Shown here: positions 9,601 through 20,094 of the stretch, in pieces | Numbering within the stretch: the stretch's first letter is position 1 | Layout: every line of letters starts with the position of its first letter | Assembly (NCBI GenBank): GCA_963774185.1 | Contig: CAVZEK010000027.1 | Coordinates: 50,530 to 114,529, forward strand | Origin: an uncultured beta proteobacterium | Lineage (GTDB): Bacteria > Pseudomonadota > Gammaproteobacteria > Burkholderiales > Burkholderiaceae_C | Length of the DNA stretch: 64,000 nt | Reading direction: 5' to 3' | Notes under the pieces: generated by a model | The model's input: the letters and a program-made list of their open reading frames with translations, nothing else | Told to the model about the DNA's origin: nothing | Databases searched by the model: none | Position numbers and translations under genes: made by a program

Positions 9601-10800
9601 CTACTGCAGACGTGGCTCAATGTCCTTGCTCAGTGGCGAAACGGGGCCACGCTCAAGCCGCTCGCCGCTTGAGGCCGACAGCAGGCCGCGAGCCGCTTGC
9701 CTCACGTCGGGCGAGGAGAAGCGGAAGGCAGCGCGATCCAGCAGGTAGTGGATGAATCCGCTCGCAAAGCCCAGGGCCAGCAGCGCTGGCACGAAGGGCG
9801 ATGAGCGCAGCCACCACGCCGCGGCGCCGAAGATGCGGTCGGCGTAGACGTATGGGTCGGACACGGCCTCCACCTCCAACACCGGCAGCAGCAGGGTGGA
9901 GACCACGGCGAGCACGAGCAGCACAGCCCAGCCGCGCCGATTGATGGGTGCCAGCAGCCGCTGCCAGTGCGCGCCGGACTCCTGGGTTCCACCGGAAGCC
10001 GCGAGCGAGGCGAGCCCCATCGCGGCGCTCCAATGCTGCACGCTCCACAGCACGACGAACAGGAAGGGGTCGCGCGCGAGGAAGGCGAACAGCACCATGG
10101 CCGAGACGCCGAGGACGTAGGCCACGCGCGGCAGCGACGGGCGTTGCGAGCGCAGTTCGGCGCGCAGCATCAGGGCGGTCAGGATCACGACGAGGGCGAT
10201 GCCGCCGTCATGTAATGTGCGCGCGAACAGGTCGGACGCGACCGCTCCCAGCAGCGGGTCGATCCAGCGGTCCTGGAAGGCGATCGATCCAGCCAGCGCC
10301 TCCGCCAGCACGACGAAACCGCCGCCCACGACAAGCGCGAACCACCGATCGAGCCGTCGCGTAGTCGCGTCCGCGGCTCGTCCCGCGCGCGCGCGGTAGA
10401 GACTGAGCAGCCCGAAGTGCTGGGCGGCAAAATGGTAACTCACCAGCAGGTAGTCCAGGACGGCGAGCCAGACCACGCGCTCGGTGAGGGACATCGGCAA
10501 CACGCTCTCGGGAGCCAGCAGCACGGCGAAGCAGGCCACGGCGACGGCCAAAGGGGCCACCACGAAGCGCAGCCGCTGCGTGGCGAGCAGGGGGCGGTAG
10601 GCCGGGGTCGCGTAGGCCAGCCAGGCCGACGAGACGCGGTGGCCGAACCACAGAGGCACCGTGAGGGCGAAGTACAGCCCGTCCACTGGACTGGTGCGCA
10701 CATCGTCGTGACCCTGCGCCAGCAGAAGGACCAGTGGGGCCAACCACACCGCATTGAGGATCCAAACGAAGTCCCAGGTCGGGCTCTTGATCCAGCGCAT
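9601..10800 (-). CDS. polytopic inner-membrane protein, unknown function
   Basis: About 10 hydrophobic segments. Start set at the internal ATG (MRWIKSPTWDF). No family recognised. Confidence 0.45.
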   Translation of the reverse strand: MRWIKSPTWDFVWILNAVWLAPLVLLLAQGHDDVRTSPVDGLYFALTVPLWFGHRVSSAWLAYATPAYRPLLATQRLRFVVAPLAVAVACFAVLLAPESVLPMSLTERVVWLAVLDYLLVSYHFAAQHFGLLSLYRARAGRAADATTRRLDRWFALVVGGGFVVLAEALAGSIAFQDRWIDPLLGAVASDLFARTLHDGGIALVVILTALMLRAELRSQRPSLPRVAYVLGVSAMVLFAFLARDPFLFVVLWSVQHWSAAMGLASLAASGGTQESGAHWQRLLAPINRRGWAVLLVLAVVSTLLLPVLEVEAVSDPYVYADRIFGAAAWWLRSSPFVPALLALGFASGFIHYLLDRAAFRFSSPDVRQAARGLLSASSGERLERGPVSPLSKDIEPRLQ

Positions 10801-11015
10801 GGGGGTAGAAGGTAGCGCATTGACCCAGTTTGATGTTTCCCCGACCCGCCAGCTGCAGGCTTGCCAGCATCGACGGAGCATTCGCAGACCTCAGTTGTTC
10901 CAGAGGGCGCGTTGCTTTGGCCTGCTCTGCCAGCGGACGCTCGTCACCAGTCAAGATCGACCGGGCAACGGCAGATCAGCCTCGATCGTTGCTCTGGCCA
11001 CGTTGAAAATCGCAA

Positions 11016-13587
11016 TCACGGTGCGTCGTCGCGGGCGAATGCGACGGCGTCGATCTCGGCATCGTTTAGCGCCGTGCCCTCGGCCTGCAGCCGCACGATC
11101 GTGGCGTCGTCGAGCGAGTGCCGCGCGAGTTGCAGTGCCCGCTGCGTGGCTGCGGTTTCGTTCTGCTCGCGGGCCTCATTGCGCGCGCTGTACAAGGCCT
11201 GGGAATACGCCGCCAGCCGCACGGCTGCGCGCGGCCGCCCCTCGATGGCCGCGAGCAGCGCCAGGTAGGCCGCCGCAACGTGCTGCAGCTCGAACGCGGC
11301 GGCGCGCGCCCATGCCTCGCAGGCCACAACGCGCGCCTGCACCGCGTCGTCCAGTGCCAGCAGCGCGGCCAGCAGGTTGATGCGCGCGAAAGCCAGGCTG
11401 TATTCGTGGCGCGTGCGGCGCAGCGACTCCACCAGTTCGTCGCCGAGACGTGCCGCGGCCTGCGCGTGGCCAGCCGCGAGCTCGGCATCGATCAGGTTGC
11501 CCGTCGCGATCGACGCGTGGCTGCCGCGGGCCCGGTCCAGCGCGAGCAGGCGTCGCCCGCTTTGCAAGGCCTCGGCGGTGTCGCCGCCCATGCGGGCGAC
11601 CCACTGTGCCGCCTCGGCTCCCCACAGCAGCCGCTGCGGCGGCCACGCCGGGTCTTCGAGGGGTTGCATTTCAGCGAGCAATCCTCGCGCGGCCGGCAGG
11701 TCGTCGGTCTGCGCAGCGGCGCTCGCCGCCCGGGCCAGCGCGTGGTAGAGCGCAAAGCGGTCGGGCTGCGTGGGATCGAGGCGGCGCGCAATGGCCAGCG
11801 CGCGGTCGGCTGCGGCCCGGCTGCGTGCCTTGCGGGGGTCGGCGAGCACGCAGTTCAGCTCGATCCACGCCTTCATCTGCAGCGCCTCCGGCAGCTGCTC
11901 GACCACACGCGCCTCGACGGCGTCGGCCAACGCGAGGCGCTCGGGGTGCAGCGACGGCGGCAGTGCGCGCAGCATCGTGGTGCCGATGCGCAACTCGAGC
12001 TCGGTGTCGCCCGCCGCGCGGGCCCAGTGCAGCGCCTCGCGGGCGTTGTCGAGATCGGGCTCGCGCTGGTGCAGCCAATCGTCGGCCCCGACCCGGCCGC
12101 TGAAGTATTCGTCGTAGGCAGCATCGAGTATTGCGGCGACCGCGAGTGCGCGGCGCCGCTGCAGTGTGGCGCGTTCACCGGAGCGATCGAGGCACTCGAG
12201 CGCGAACGCGCGCGGCGTCTCGAGCAGCCGGTAGCGTGGCTCCGTCTCGCCAGCCTCGCTCGGCGCCAACACCGCGACCAGCGAGCGGTCGACCAGCGTG
12301 TCCAGTGCGTCGAGCACGGCCCAGACGTCGTCATCACCATCGACGAGCAGCGCCTCGATCATGGCCAGCGACGCGCTGCCGGCCAGCACGCCCAGGCGCC
12401 GGAACACCCGCTGCTCGCGCTCGTCGAGCAGTCCATGGCTCCACTCGAGTGTGGCATGCAAGGTGCGCTGGCGTTCGGGCGCAGCGCGGTTGCGCCCTTG
12501 GGTGAGCAGCGCGAAACGATCGCGCATCGAGGCCAGAAGCCGCGCCACGCCGAGCAGCGGCGCCCGCGCAGCGGCAAGCTCGATCGCGAGCGGCAGGCCG
12601 TCGAGCGCGCGGCACAACTCGATCACCGCTGCGACGTTCGTGTCGGCAAGCTCGAAGCGTCGGTCGAATGCGCGCACCCGCTCGACGAACAGCGCGATCG
12701 ACCCGAAAGCTCAGCGCTTGCGCTGCCGGCAACCCGCGCTCAGGCACGGCCAGCGGCTGGATCCTGAGCACCCGCTCCGCGGCCAGGTGCAGCGGAGCCT
12801 GGCTCGTCACGAGCAGGCGCAGGCCGGGCACCGCGTCGTGAAGCGCCTGGCACAGCGAGGCCGCGTGGGCGAGCAGGTGCTCGGCGTTGTCCAGCGCGAG
12901 CAGCAGGGTCAGCGGCCGCACTGCATCCACCAATGCGGCCATCGTGTCGCCCGCACCGCTTTCGATACCGAGCGCGGCGGCCACTGCGCCGGGCAGCGCC
13001 TCGGCATCCGCCACTCCGCCGAGCTCGATCCAGCAGACACCATGGGGGTAAACGTCTCGACGTGTCGCCAGCAGATGCTGCGTCAGCAGCGACTTGCCAA
13101 CGCCGCCGGCGCCGACCACGCTGACGAGCCGGTGGCGGTCGACCAGCGCGCCGAGCGTGGCGAGCTCATCGGCGCGGCCGAGCAATGCCGGCAGCTCGAC
13201 CGGCAAGTTGGTGCGCAATGCCGGGGCGGCTGGTGTGACGGCCGGCACCGTCCGCGCAACGGCCTCTGCCGGCTCTGACGAGAGGCGCGCGACGAAGCGG
13301 TAGCCGCGCCCGGGGATGGTCGCGATGACGCCGTCGCCGAGCAGCTTGCGCAGCGCACTGACTTGCGCCGCCAGGTTGTTCTCCTGCACGACCAGACCTG
13401 GCCAGACCAGATCCATCAGCGTCGCCTTGTCGACGAGACGGCCTTGTCGCTCGATCAGGACAACCAGCACGTCGAACGCGCGCGCGCCCAGCGTCGCGAC
13501 TTGGCCGTCCACCAACAGGCGCCGCTCGCGCCTCTGCAATTCGAAGCTCCCGAAGCGCAGCGGTGCATCGGTGGCCGGCGTGTCCAT
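11016..13587 (-). pseudogene. wHTH (OmpR/PhoB-type) / P-loop NTPase / TPR regulator interrupted by a single-base frameshift near 12706-12708
   Basis: Track ORF 12334..13587 carries the wHTH (GARAFDVLVVL...IPGRGYRFVA) and P-loop (VVGAGGVGKSLL). Track ORF 11016..12677 continues collinearly with the intact paralog at 20095..22710 (LDGLPLAIELAAAR, RQRTLHATLEWSHGLL, TPR tail). Dropping one T of the TTT run (AAA on the + strand) joins ...AQALSF to GSIALFVERV. Confidence 0.75.
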
Positions 13588-13721
13588 GGCGGTGGCCAGC
13601 TTAGCGCTTTCAACGAAATGGAGAACGTTTCATCGCCGCTTCAAGACGCGCCAGGGCGCCCGGCATGAAAGTGCTGCCCACGCGCCAACGTGGGCGTCCC
13701 CGATCGACACAGGAGACAACG

Positions 13722-14129
13722 ATGAAGCCGAGACCCCGCCTGTTGCTGGCAACGACCTTTGCATTCGCGCTGGCCGCTACCGCCGCGAGCACCCTGGTCG
13801 CGACCGCGCGCATTGCCCAAGCCGGTGCGCCAGCGCGGCCTTCGGGCGCTCGCCTGCGCGAGGCACCGGCGCTGGCACCGATTGAGACTGTTCATTCGCT
13901 GTTCCTCGCCCGCCGCTACGCCGACGCGTACGGACGCTACGCCGACCTGGCCGATGCCGGTGACCCCGCAGCGGCGTCGCTGGCGCTGGCGATGGTCATG
14001 CACGGCCCGGCGCTGTTCGGTTCCGACTGGTCGGCCACCAACGGCCAGTTGCAACGCTGGAGCACGCTGGCCCAACAGTTTGCGCTGCAGCGCGTCGGTT
14101 CGATCTCTGCGCAAGACCGCGGCGAATGA
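13722..14129 (+). CDS. small secreted protein, unknown function
   Basis: AGGAGA RBS and signal peptide MKPRPRLLLATTFAFALAATAAS. 135 aa. Divergent from the regulator gene. Confidence 0.5.
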   Translation: MKPRPRLLLATTFAFALAATAASTLVATARIAQAGAPARPSGARLREAPALAPIETVHSLFLARRYADAYGRYADLADAGDPAAASLALAMVMHGPALFGSDWSATNGQLQRWSTLAQQFALQRVGSISAQDRGE

Positions 14130-14169
14130 GGTGCCCTGGTCGCGCCATCTTTCCATTCGAGAGGACCCC

Positions 14170-14472
14170 ATGAACACGCTGACCTGCAAGTTCCTCGCCG
14201 CCTCGATCGCCGCATTGTGTGCGCTCGCGCCCGCCGTGTCCCGTGCCGACAAGGTGGCGCGGGTGGTCGCCGACTACACCGTCTTCATCGACCCACCGAC
14301 CGGCTTCGTTTTCGTCAAGCTGCCGGTCGGCTGGAAATTTGTCGGCACCGTGGATCCGATGGATGTTGCGCGTGCCCCCGCCAATGTGGTGACGGCCATG
14401 CTTGTGAACGCGGAAGAGAGCGTCGCCACGAACAGCGTGGCGCCGAGCCGGGATCAAGCCGCGCAACCGTGA
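14170..14472 (+). CDS. small secreted protein, unknown function
   Basis: Signal peptide MNTLTCKFLAASIAALCALAPAVSRA. 100 aa. Lies 40 nt after the previous gene. Confidence 0.45.
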   Translation: MNTLTCKFLAASIAALCALAPAVSRADKVARVVADYTVFIDPPTGFVFVKLPVGWKFVGTVDPMDVARAPANVVTAMLVNAEESVATNSVAPSRDQAAQP

Positions 14473-14696
14473 TGTGCCGGACGAACGGCGTCGGGAACAA
14501 GTCCTGATCGGCGACCGGCACCGCGTGTCCACTTGAGTGCTCGGTCTGCTGAGCGACGCAGTGGCCGCGCGGGAGCCCGGACGACGCCGCACGCTGAGGT
14601 CGCTGCAGGCCGCCGTGCGACCGTATCGCATCGCCTTAGAACCCATGGGGCTGGCGCCGACCGGCGACAATCCCGGCCCTGGTTCAAGGAGTGAGC

Positions 14697-15374
14697 ATGA
14701 AGGCTGCCTCGACGATCCCATCACGGCCTGCGCTGCTGCCGGTGGCCGTGCTGTCGGCCGTGCTGGTCGCCTGCTCCCCCAGCCCCGCACCCCAAGCGGC
14801 CGCTCCGGCCAATCCGACACCGGTGGCCGCGCCGGCGGCGCCGGCTCCCGCGCCCGTCGCGGCGGTGGCGGCCGAGGCGCCCGCGCCCGAGCCGGCGGCG
14901 TCCCGGGCACCGGTCAAGCCCGCCGCAGCCAAGGCGCCCAAGAAGCATGCGACCGAAGTCGCCGCCGCGCCGGCCCCGGTCAGCGCCGCGCCGGTCGAGA
15001 AGGTGGCGCAGCAACCACCACCTCCGCTACCGCCCATGCCGGTGTGCGCCGTCTGCGGCACGGTCGAAGCCGTCACTCCGGTGGAGGTCAAGGGCGAGTC
15101 CAAGGGGGTCGGCGCGGTGGCGGGTGTGCTGCTCGGCGGCGTGCTCGGTCATCAGGTGGGCGGCGGACGCGGCAAGGACGTGGCGACCGTGGTTGGCGCC
15201 GTCGGCGGCGGGCTGGCCGGCAACGAGGCCGAAAAGCGCTACAAATCGACCACCCGCTATCAGCTCCAGATCCGCATGGACGATGGCAGTACCCGCGCGG
15301 TCACGCAGGACGCGCAGATGATGGTTGGGCAGAAGGTGATTGTCGAGAATGGTCAGGTGTCGTCGGCGCAATAG
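14697..15374 (+). CDS. lipoprotein with Ala/Pro-rich linker and glycine-zipper 2TM (SlyB / 17-kDa-antigen-like) domain
   Basis: AAGGAG RBS 7 nt upstream and a lipobox (LVAC). Long AP-rich linker, then GAVAGVLLGGVLGHQVGGGRGKDVATVVGAVGGGLAG. Confidence 0.65.
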   Translation: MKAASTIPSRPALLPVAVLSAVLVACSPSPAPQAAAPANPTPVAAPAAPAPAPVAAVAAEAPAPEPAASRAPVKPAAAKAPKKHATEVAAAPAPVSAAPVEKVAQQPPPPLPPMPVCAVCGTVEAVTPVEVKGESKGVGAVAGVLLGGVLGHQVGGGRGKDVATVVGAVGGGLAGNEAEKRYKSTTRYQLQIRMDDGSTRAVTQDAQMMVGQKVIVENGQVSSAQ

Positions 15375-15411
15375 GCGACCCTCGACCATTGGGCCCAGTT
15401 CGACTTTGCGG

Positions 15412-15939
15412 CTAGCGGTAGAAGATGTAGGCGGCTGAGTACGGCACACGTGCCTGTTGCTTGAGTGTCGACGCATCGCAGCCGACCGCCGGCGCAACGC
15501 CTCCGACAGTGGCAATGCGTTGGACGAACGTCGCATCGGCGAACGTACCCGCTCCCGAGTGCGACTTGGCGCCAAGCAACAGCCAGGGAATTGCCGTCGC
15601 GGTTGGGCCCGGATCGCGCGCCCTGATCTCACCGCTCACGGCACTGCCGTCGTTCGCTTCCCACGTCGGGCCGGCGTAGTGCTTGCCCAGCGGGTGCCCG
15701 GCGCGATCCGAAAGAGTCGCCTCCGGCGCCTTGAACGCCCATTCAAAAGCTGAATCGGGACGCATGGAGCACTCGTAGATCTGCACTCCCGATGCAAGGG
15801 CTTCGAGATAAAGGTGGGAACCAGGCGGGGCCTGGAGCGAGGCCGGTACGCTCGGCATTGCAACAGGAGGTGAGGTTGCACAGCCCGTGAATAGAGCGGC
15901 AAGAACGGCGAACGGCGCGAAAGAAGGAAACCTATGCAT
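15412..15939 (-). CDS. DUF3455-like lipoprotein
   Basis: Signal peptide with lipobox (LFTGC). Motifs GVQIYEC and a YSAAYIFYR C-terminus, as I recall for DUF3455. Start at the internal ATG, which has a GGAG RBS. Confidence 0.5.
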   Translation of the reverse strand: MHRFPSFAPFAVLAALFTGCATSPPVAMPSVPASLQAPPGSHLYLEALASGVQIYECSMRPDSAFEWAFKAPEATLSDRAGHPLGKHYAGPTWEANDGSAVSGEIRARDPGPTATAIPWLLLGAKSHSGAGTFADATFVQRIATVGGVAPAVGCDASTLKQQARVPYSAAYIFYR

Positions 15940-16083
15940 CGAAGTCGCACTCCAGAGTAGACAGACCTCTGGCACCTACGACCGCCACGCGCCAGCGGAC
16001 GCATCGACATCAGGTCCATCTGCAAAGCCTGAACCTGTCTTGCGGCCAGCTTACTGCCGGAATCCGTGCTTCCAGAGTTGAAG

Positions 16084-19000
16084 TCAGTTGGCCGACGCCT
16101 TCTCCGCCGGCGGAATCCACACCTCGACCACGCCCGGCGTCGCGCGCAGCCGCGGCGACAGCGACTCGACCACCCAGCCGCTCTTGCCCACCGCCTCGGC
16201 CAATGCCTTCGCGCAATCGCGCGAGGCTGCGTCGTGCACGCGCACGGTGGGTCTGGCGACCGGGCTGGCGGCGGCGCGGCCCGCAGAACGCGCCGACGCA
16301 GTGACGTCCTCGATCGGCGGCACCGAGGCGCCGAGCTGGCGCCAGGGCTCGCGGTAGGACCGTGCCTCGTCGCGCTGCTGCGGCCCGTAGATCTGGATGT
16401 AGACCGTGCGGCCTTCGCACAGCTTGATGTCGAGCTTCGCAGTGGGCGCGGGCTTGGCCGCGATGGGCCCCGTCGCGGTCGAGGGCTCGGGTTTGTCGAC
16501 CTGCGTCACCACGCCGGTGGGCGGCGGCGGCTGAGGCGCGGCCGGCTTCTCTGGCGCGGACCTGTCGGCGGCAGGCTGCTGTGCGATGGCAGCGAGCGTG
16601 TCGTCCAGCGGCTCGCGCACGCCGGTGAACGATGCCAGCAGCTGCGCCACCTTGGTCGCCCTGGCGCCGCACTCCTTTGGCGTGACCGCGGCGATGTCAC
16701 TGGGGTCGCTGCTGTAGGCGGCATCGAGCTTCAACCGTCCCGAGCGGTACTTGTCGTCCGCGACCTTGCGCTCCAACGCCAACGGGTCGCACGGGTGCGC
16801 GTTCGCGAACGGCGCATCGACGGCGTAGTCGAACACCCAGTAGCGCGGCGGTGGGATCGCCAGCGTCAAGCCCTCCTGCGGCACCAGGCAATCGGGCAGC
16901 TTGCTCTGCAGCGTGGGGTGCGCCGCCTCCAGCAGGGCCGTGCATGGCTGCGGCCGGTCGTTCTTGTCAAGGCTCGCACATTGCCTGAGCGCCGACTGGT
17001 ACACCGTTTCGGCGACCACCGACTTCTGGAACCAACCCGCTTCGTTGGCCGGGCACAGCGTATCGGCCGTCCGCACGATCGCCGAGGCCAGCGCGCCGAT
17101 GCTCGCGACGCCGGAGGCCGGCGACGCCGCGGGCAGCACCTTGGCCCACAGGTCGGTGAGCTCTTTCAGCGCCGCGCGCTCGTCGGCCACTTGCTTGGCC
17201 GACGCGGTGCGATAGCTGTCGATCGCCTGCCACAACGACACGCCGAGCGTCGCCGCCGCGCCGAGGCCGAGTGTCGCGCCGACCGCGGTGGCCGCGCCGA
17301 TGCGCGCGGGCAGGCGTGCCGATGCGGAGGCCGCCTTGTCGGCTTCGGTCTTCGACTTCGTGTCCGACGCTTCGAGCGCAGACTGCTCGTCAGCCTCGAA
17401 GTACTCGCTCCACTTGTCGGGCAGGCTCTCGACGAACTCGCGCGTCAGCTGGCCGCCGAGGAACTTGCCGAGCGAGTAATAGCTCTCCCACTGCGCCTCG
17501 GAGAAGAACTGGTCGGCCGTGGCCTCCTGCGGAAACACCGGGTTGTGCGCCTTGAAGTTCACCAGGTCGACCGGCAACCCGTCCGACACGTTGGGCTTGA
17601 CGACGATCAGAATCGCCTGCTTGTCTTCGCCGCCTCGGTAATCGACGCGCGCGAGCGCGAGGCAGCACGTTGACGTGGGCGACGCCAAGTCGTTGAGCGA
17701 GCCGAACACCTTCATCTCATGAGGCCATGGGGCGGCCAGCGCCGGCGCGCTCGTCGCCACCGCAGCAGGCTTCTTCTTCGGCCGCAGGAACGAGATCTCG
17801 GCCTGCAGGTCGATTCGCGCCTTGCGTACCAAGTTCTCGAGGTCCTTGAACGCATACTCCGGATCGGCGCCGCAATCGGCCAGGACGATGATCTCGGCGC
17901 GTTGCGCGAGCAGGCAGTAGGCCGCGGTGTTCTCGAAGTGGCCGCCATCGGTGAGGAACCAGTCCTGACGGTCGGCGCCGCGGAATATGCCAAACGTCTC
18001 GCGCACGAGCCCGGCCGACTTGGCCAGCAGCGAGGGCCGCGTGGTCGCGGTCGGTTCGTTCGGCGCTTCGTCCTTGTTCCACCAGTAGCCCAGCCGCAGG
18101 CCGGCGAACATGGCCAACGCGGAGATGCCGCCGCGCGACAGGCTGCCCAGGCCCGGCGCGATCGCGGCCCCGGAGATCGCGGTCCATCGGCCCAACGTCA
18201 ACGCATTGGGCGCCAACGGTTGCCACGCCTCCTGCGACACGCGCATGTGCCCGCTGGAGGCGATGCTCATCGCCAGACCTCGGCGGTCCTGATTGAACAG
18301 GCCGCCGCGCGGGTCGCGCGTTTGGTTGACGCAGACGTTGACGATGTGGATCGGCCCGCCGTGCCGCTGCGGGGCGTATTGGCCGAAGGCGATGTCGTCG
18401 TCACGCTGGATGTCACTGACGCCGATGAGGGTCGGCGACACGGGCATCGGACGCGGCAACTCGTCGATGGCACCGAGCTGTGCCGCGCCCTTGAAGCGCA
18501 TGCTGTTGGCGGCCCCCAGGTAGCTGCGCACCAGGCGTGCCCAGTAGAACGCGTGCAGCGACGACAGGTTCAGGAACTTGAGGTTGCGTCCGGTCAGCAA
18601 CAGATAGGCGATCACCGGCACGCCGATCACCGCCAGCACCACCAGCGTGGCGGTGAAATTGGGGCTGTGGCGCTGGAACGCCGCACCGAGCGCGGCGCGG
18701 TGCACGAGCGACACCCACCACGAGCACAGCAAGAACGTCAGCGCGTAGCCGGCAATGCGCCCGATGATCAGCGGCGGCGGTTTGGCGCGCTGCTGCAGCA
18801 GATTGGCGATCGACGGCAGCACAGAGCGCACGATGGCCGCCAACGCGGCCAGTGCCAACCCCGCGCCGGCTTGCGCGGCGGGCGACGCCTCGAAGGCGAG
18901 AAACCAGGCGAAACGGTCAACCAGCCCGACCAGCACCACCACGGCCCCGGCGCGCAGCGCGTTGGCGATCCAGCGCGTCAGCCGGTTGCGCGCCAGGTCT

Positions 19001-19887
19001 GCGCGCAGGCGCGGGTCCGGCTCGTACTCTTCGGCCCCTTGCAGCACGTAAGCCGCCATCGGGATCGAGAACAGCCACGCGGCCACGATGATCATCGCGG
19101 CCCACCACAACGCGCTGCGCAGCGATGCGCCGACGTCGGTCTGCACGGTGTCGAGCCAGCCGTGAAAGGCCCGCAGCGAGAGGGCGCAGACGACGCCGGC
19201 GCCCCAGTACGACAGCGCGTGCCAGCGCTTGAGCGTGGGGTCGGTCAGCCAGGGGATGCACCAGTACGCGCTGGCCTCGACGGCGCCGATCAGCATCACC
19301 ACGGGCAACAGCAGCGCGACCGCGGGCAGCCACTGGGGCACGTAGCGCGCCGCGTCAAAGAACCAGTCGGCCGCGTAGCCCAGGTAGCCCAGTGCGCCCC
19401 AGGCCAGCAGGTCGAACAGCGCAAGCGCGACGCCGAGCAGCAGCGCGATCAGGCCGAGCTCGAAGTGCACGCTGGTCAGGTTGCGCAGGTACAGCGCAAT
19501 CGCGAACGTCGTGTCCTTCGCGCCGCGCGGGATCAAGTAGCGGCCGTTGGCGCGCAGCCACCAGGTGAACCAGCGGCCGTCGGCGTCGCCGAATGCCGCG
19601 GCCACCGCCTTCACGTCGGCAGCGCTTTTGGCCCGGCTGAGCAGGCGACCCAGAGTCGCGCCGACATAGCCACCGCCCGACACGGTGGACAGCAGGTCGA
19701 AGCGCAGCAGCATTTTCTGCTGCGCCAGCGCCTTCAGCAGGCCGAAACAGAAGGTGGCGCTGCGGATGCCGCCGCCGGACAGCGCGAGCCCCCAGATGCG
19801 CTGGCCGTTGGCCGGCGGCACGTCGGCCGAGTCCAGCGCCTGCCGACGCTTCTCGACGAGCTTCTCGAACGACTCAGGCTCGACCAT
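16084..19887 (-). CDS. 1267-aa membrane-embedded patatin/cPLA2-like phospholipase with a C-terminal extension
   Basis: Oxyanion motif SGGGIRS (aa 37-43), nucleophile-elbow-like TVSGG (aa 68-72) and DGG (FLTDGGHFEN, aa 647-649). About 8-9 hydrophobic helices lie between aa ~125 and 435. Another TM segment, a Cys-containing region, a Pro-rich linker and a ~100-aa alpha/beta domain follow. Start set at the ATG for MVEPESFEKL. Confidence 0.65.
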   Translation of the reverse strand: MVEPESFEKLVEKRRQALDSADVPPANGQRIWGLALSGGGIRSATFCFGLLKALAQQKMLLRFDLLSTVSGGGYVGATLGRLLSRAKSAADVKAVAAAFGDADGRWFTWWLRANGRYLIPRGAKDTTFAIALYLRNLTSVHFELGLIALLLGVALALFDLLAWGALGYLGYAADWFFDAARYVPQWLPAVALLLPVVMLIGAVEASAYWCIPWLTDPTLKRWHALSYWGAGVVCALSLRAFHGWLDTVQTDVGASLRSALWWAAMIIVAAWLFSIPMAAYVLQGAEEYEPDPRLRADLARNRLTRWIANALRAGAVVVLVGLVDRFAWFLAFEASPAAQAGAGLALAALAAIVRSVLPSIANLLQQRAKPPPLIIGRIAGYALTFLLCSWWVSLVHRAALGAAFQRHSPNFTATLVVLAVIGVPVIAYLLLTGRNLKFLNLSSLHAFYWARLVRSYLGAANSMRFKGAAQLGAIDELPRPMPVSPTLIGVSDIQRDDDIAFGQYAPQRHGGPIHIVNVCVNQTRDPRGGLFNQDRRGLAMSIASSGHMRVSQEAWQPLAPNALTLGRWTAISGAAIAPGLGSLSRGGISALAMFAGLRLGYWWNKDEAPNEPTATTRPSLLAKSAGLVRETFGIFRGADRQDWFLTDGGHFENTAAYCLLAQRAEIIVLADCGADPEYAFKDLENLVRKARIDLQAEISFLRPKKKPAAVATSAPALAAPWPHEMKVFGSLNDLASPTSTCCLALARVDYRGGEDKQAILIVVKPNVSDGLPVDLVNFKAHNPVFPQEATADQFFSEAQWESYYSLGKFLGGQLTREFVESLPDKWSEYFEADEQSALEASDTKSKTEADKAASASARLPARIGAATAVGATLGLGAAATLGVSLWQAIDSYRTASAKQVADERAALKELTDLWAKVLPAASPASGVASIGALASAIVRTADTLCPANEAGWFQKSVVAETVYQSALRQCASLDKNDRPQPCTALLEAAHPTLQSKLPDCLVPQEGLTLAIPPPRYWVFDYAVDAPFANAHPCDPLALERKVADDKYRSGRLKLDAAYSSDPSDIAAVTPKECGARATKVAQLLASFTGVREPLDDTLAAIAQQPAADRSAPEKPAAPQPPPPTGVVTQVDKPEPSTATGPIAAKPAPTAKLDIKLCEGRTVYIQIYGPQQRDEARSYREPWRQLGASVPPIEDVTASARSAGRAAASPVARPTVRVHDAASRDCAKALAEAVGKSGWVVESLSPRLRATPGVVEVWIPPAEKASAN

Positions 19888-20094
19888 CGTGTGCACCTCC
19901 GTCGCTGCCGGTTGGCCTCGAACGGCCTGCCGGTCGGGCGCATTGCACCACGAACCGAGGCGCTGACGCATCAATCAACGGGACCGGTTCGTCGATCCAT
20001 CTGTTCGACTGCCGACCCTCAGGCCTGGGTCCGACCTGCTGGCTGCGAACAGCTCAGCCACGGGGCTCGCGGGTCCACACGCCTTGGGGTGTTC

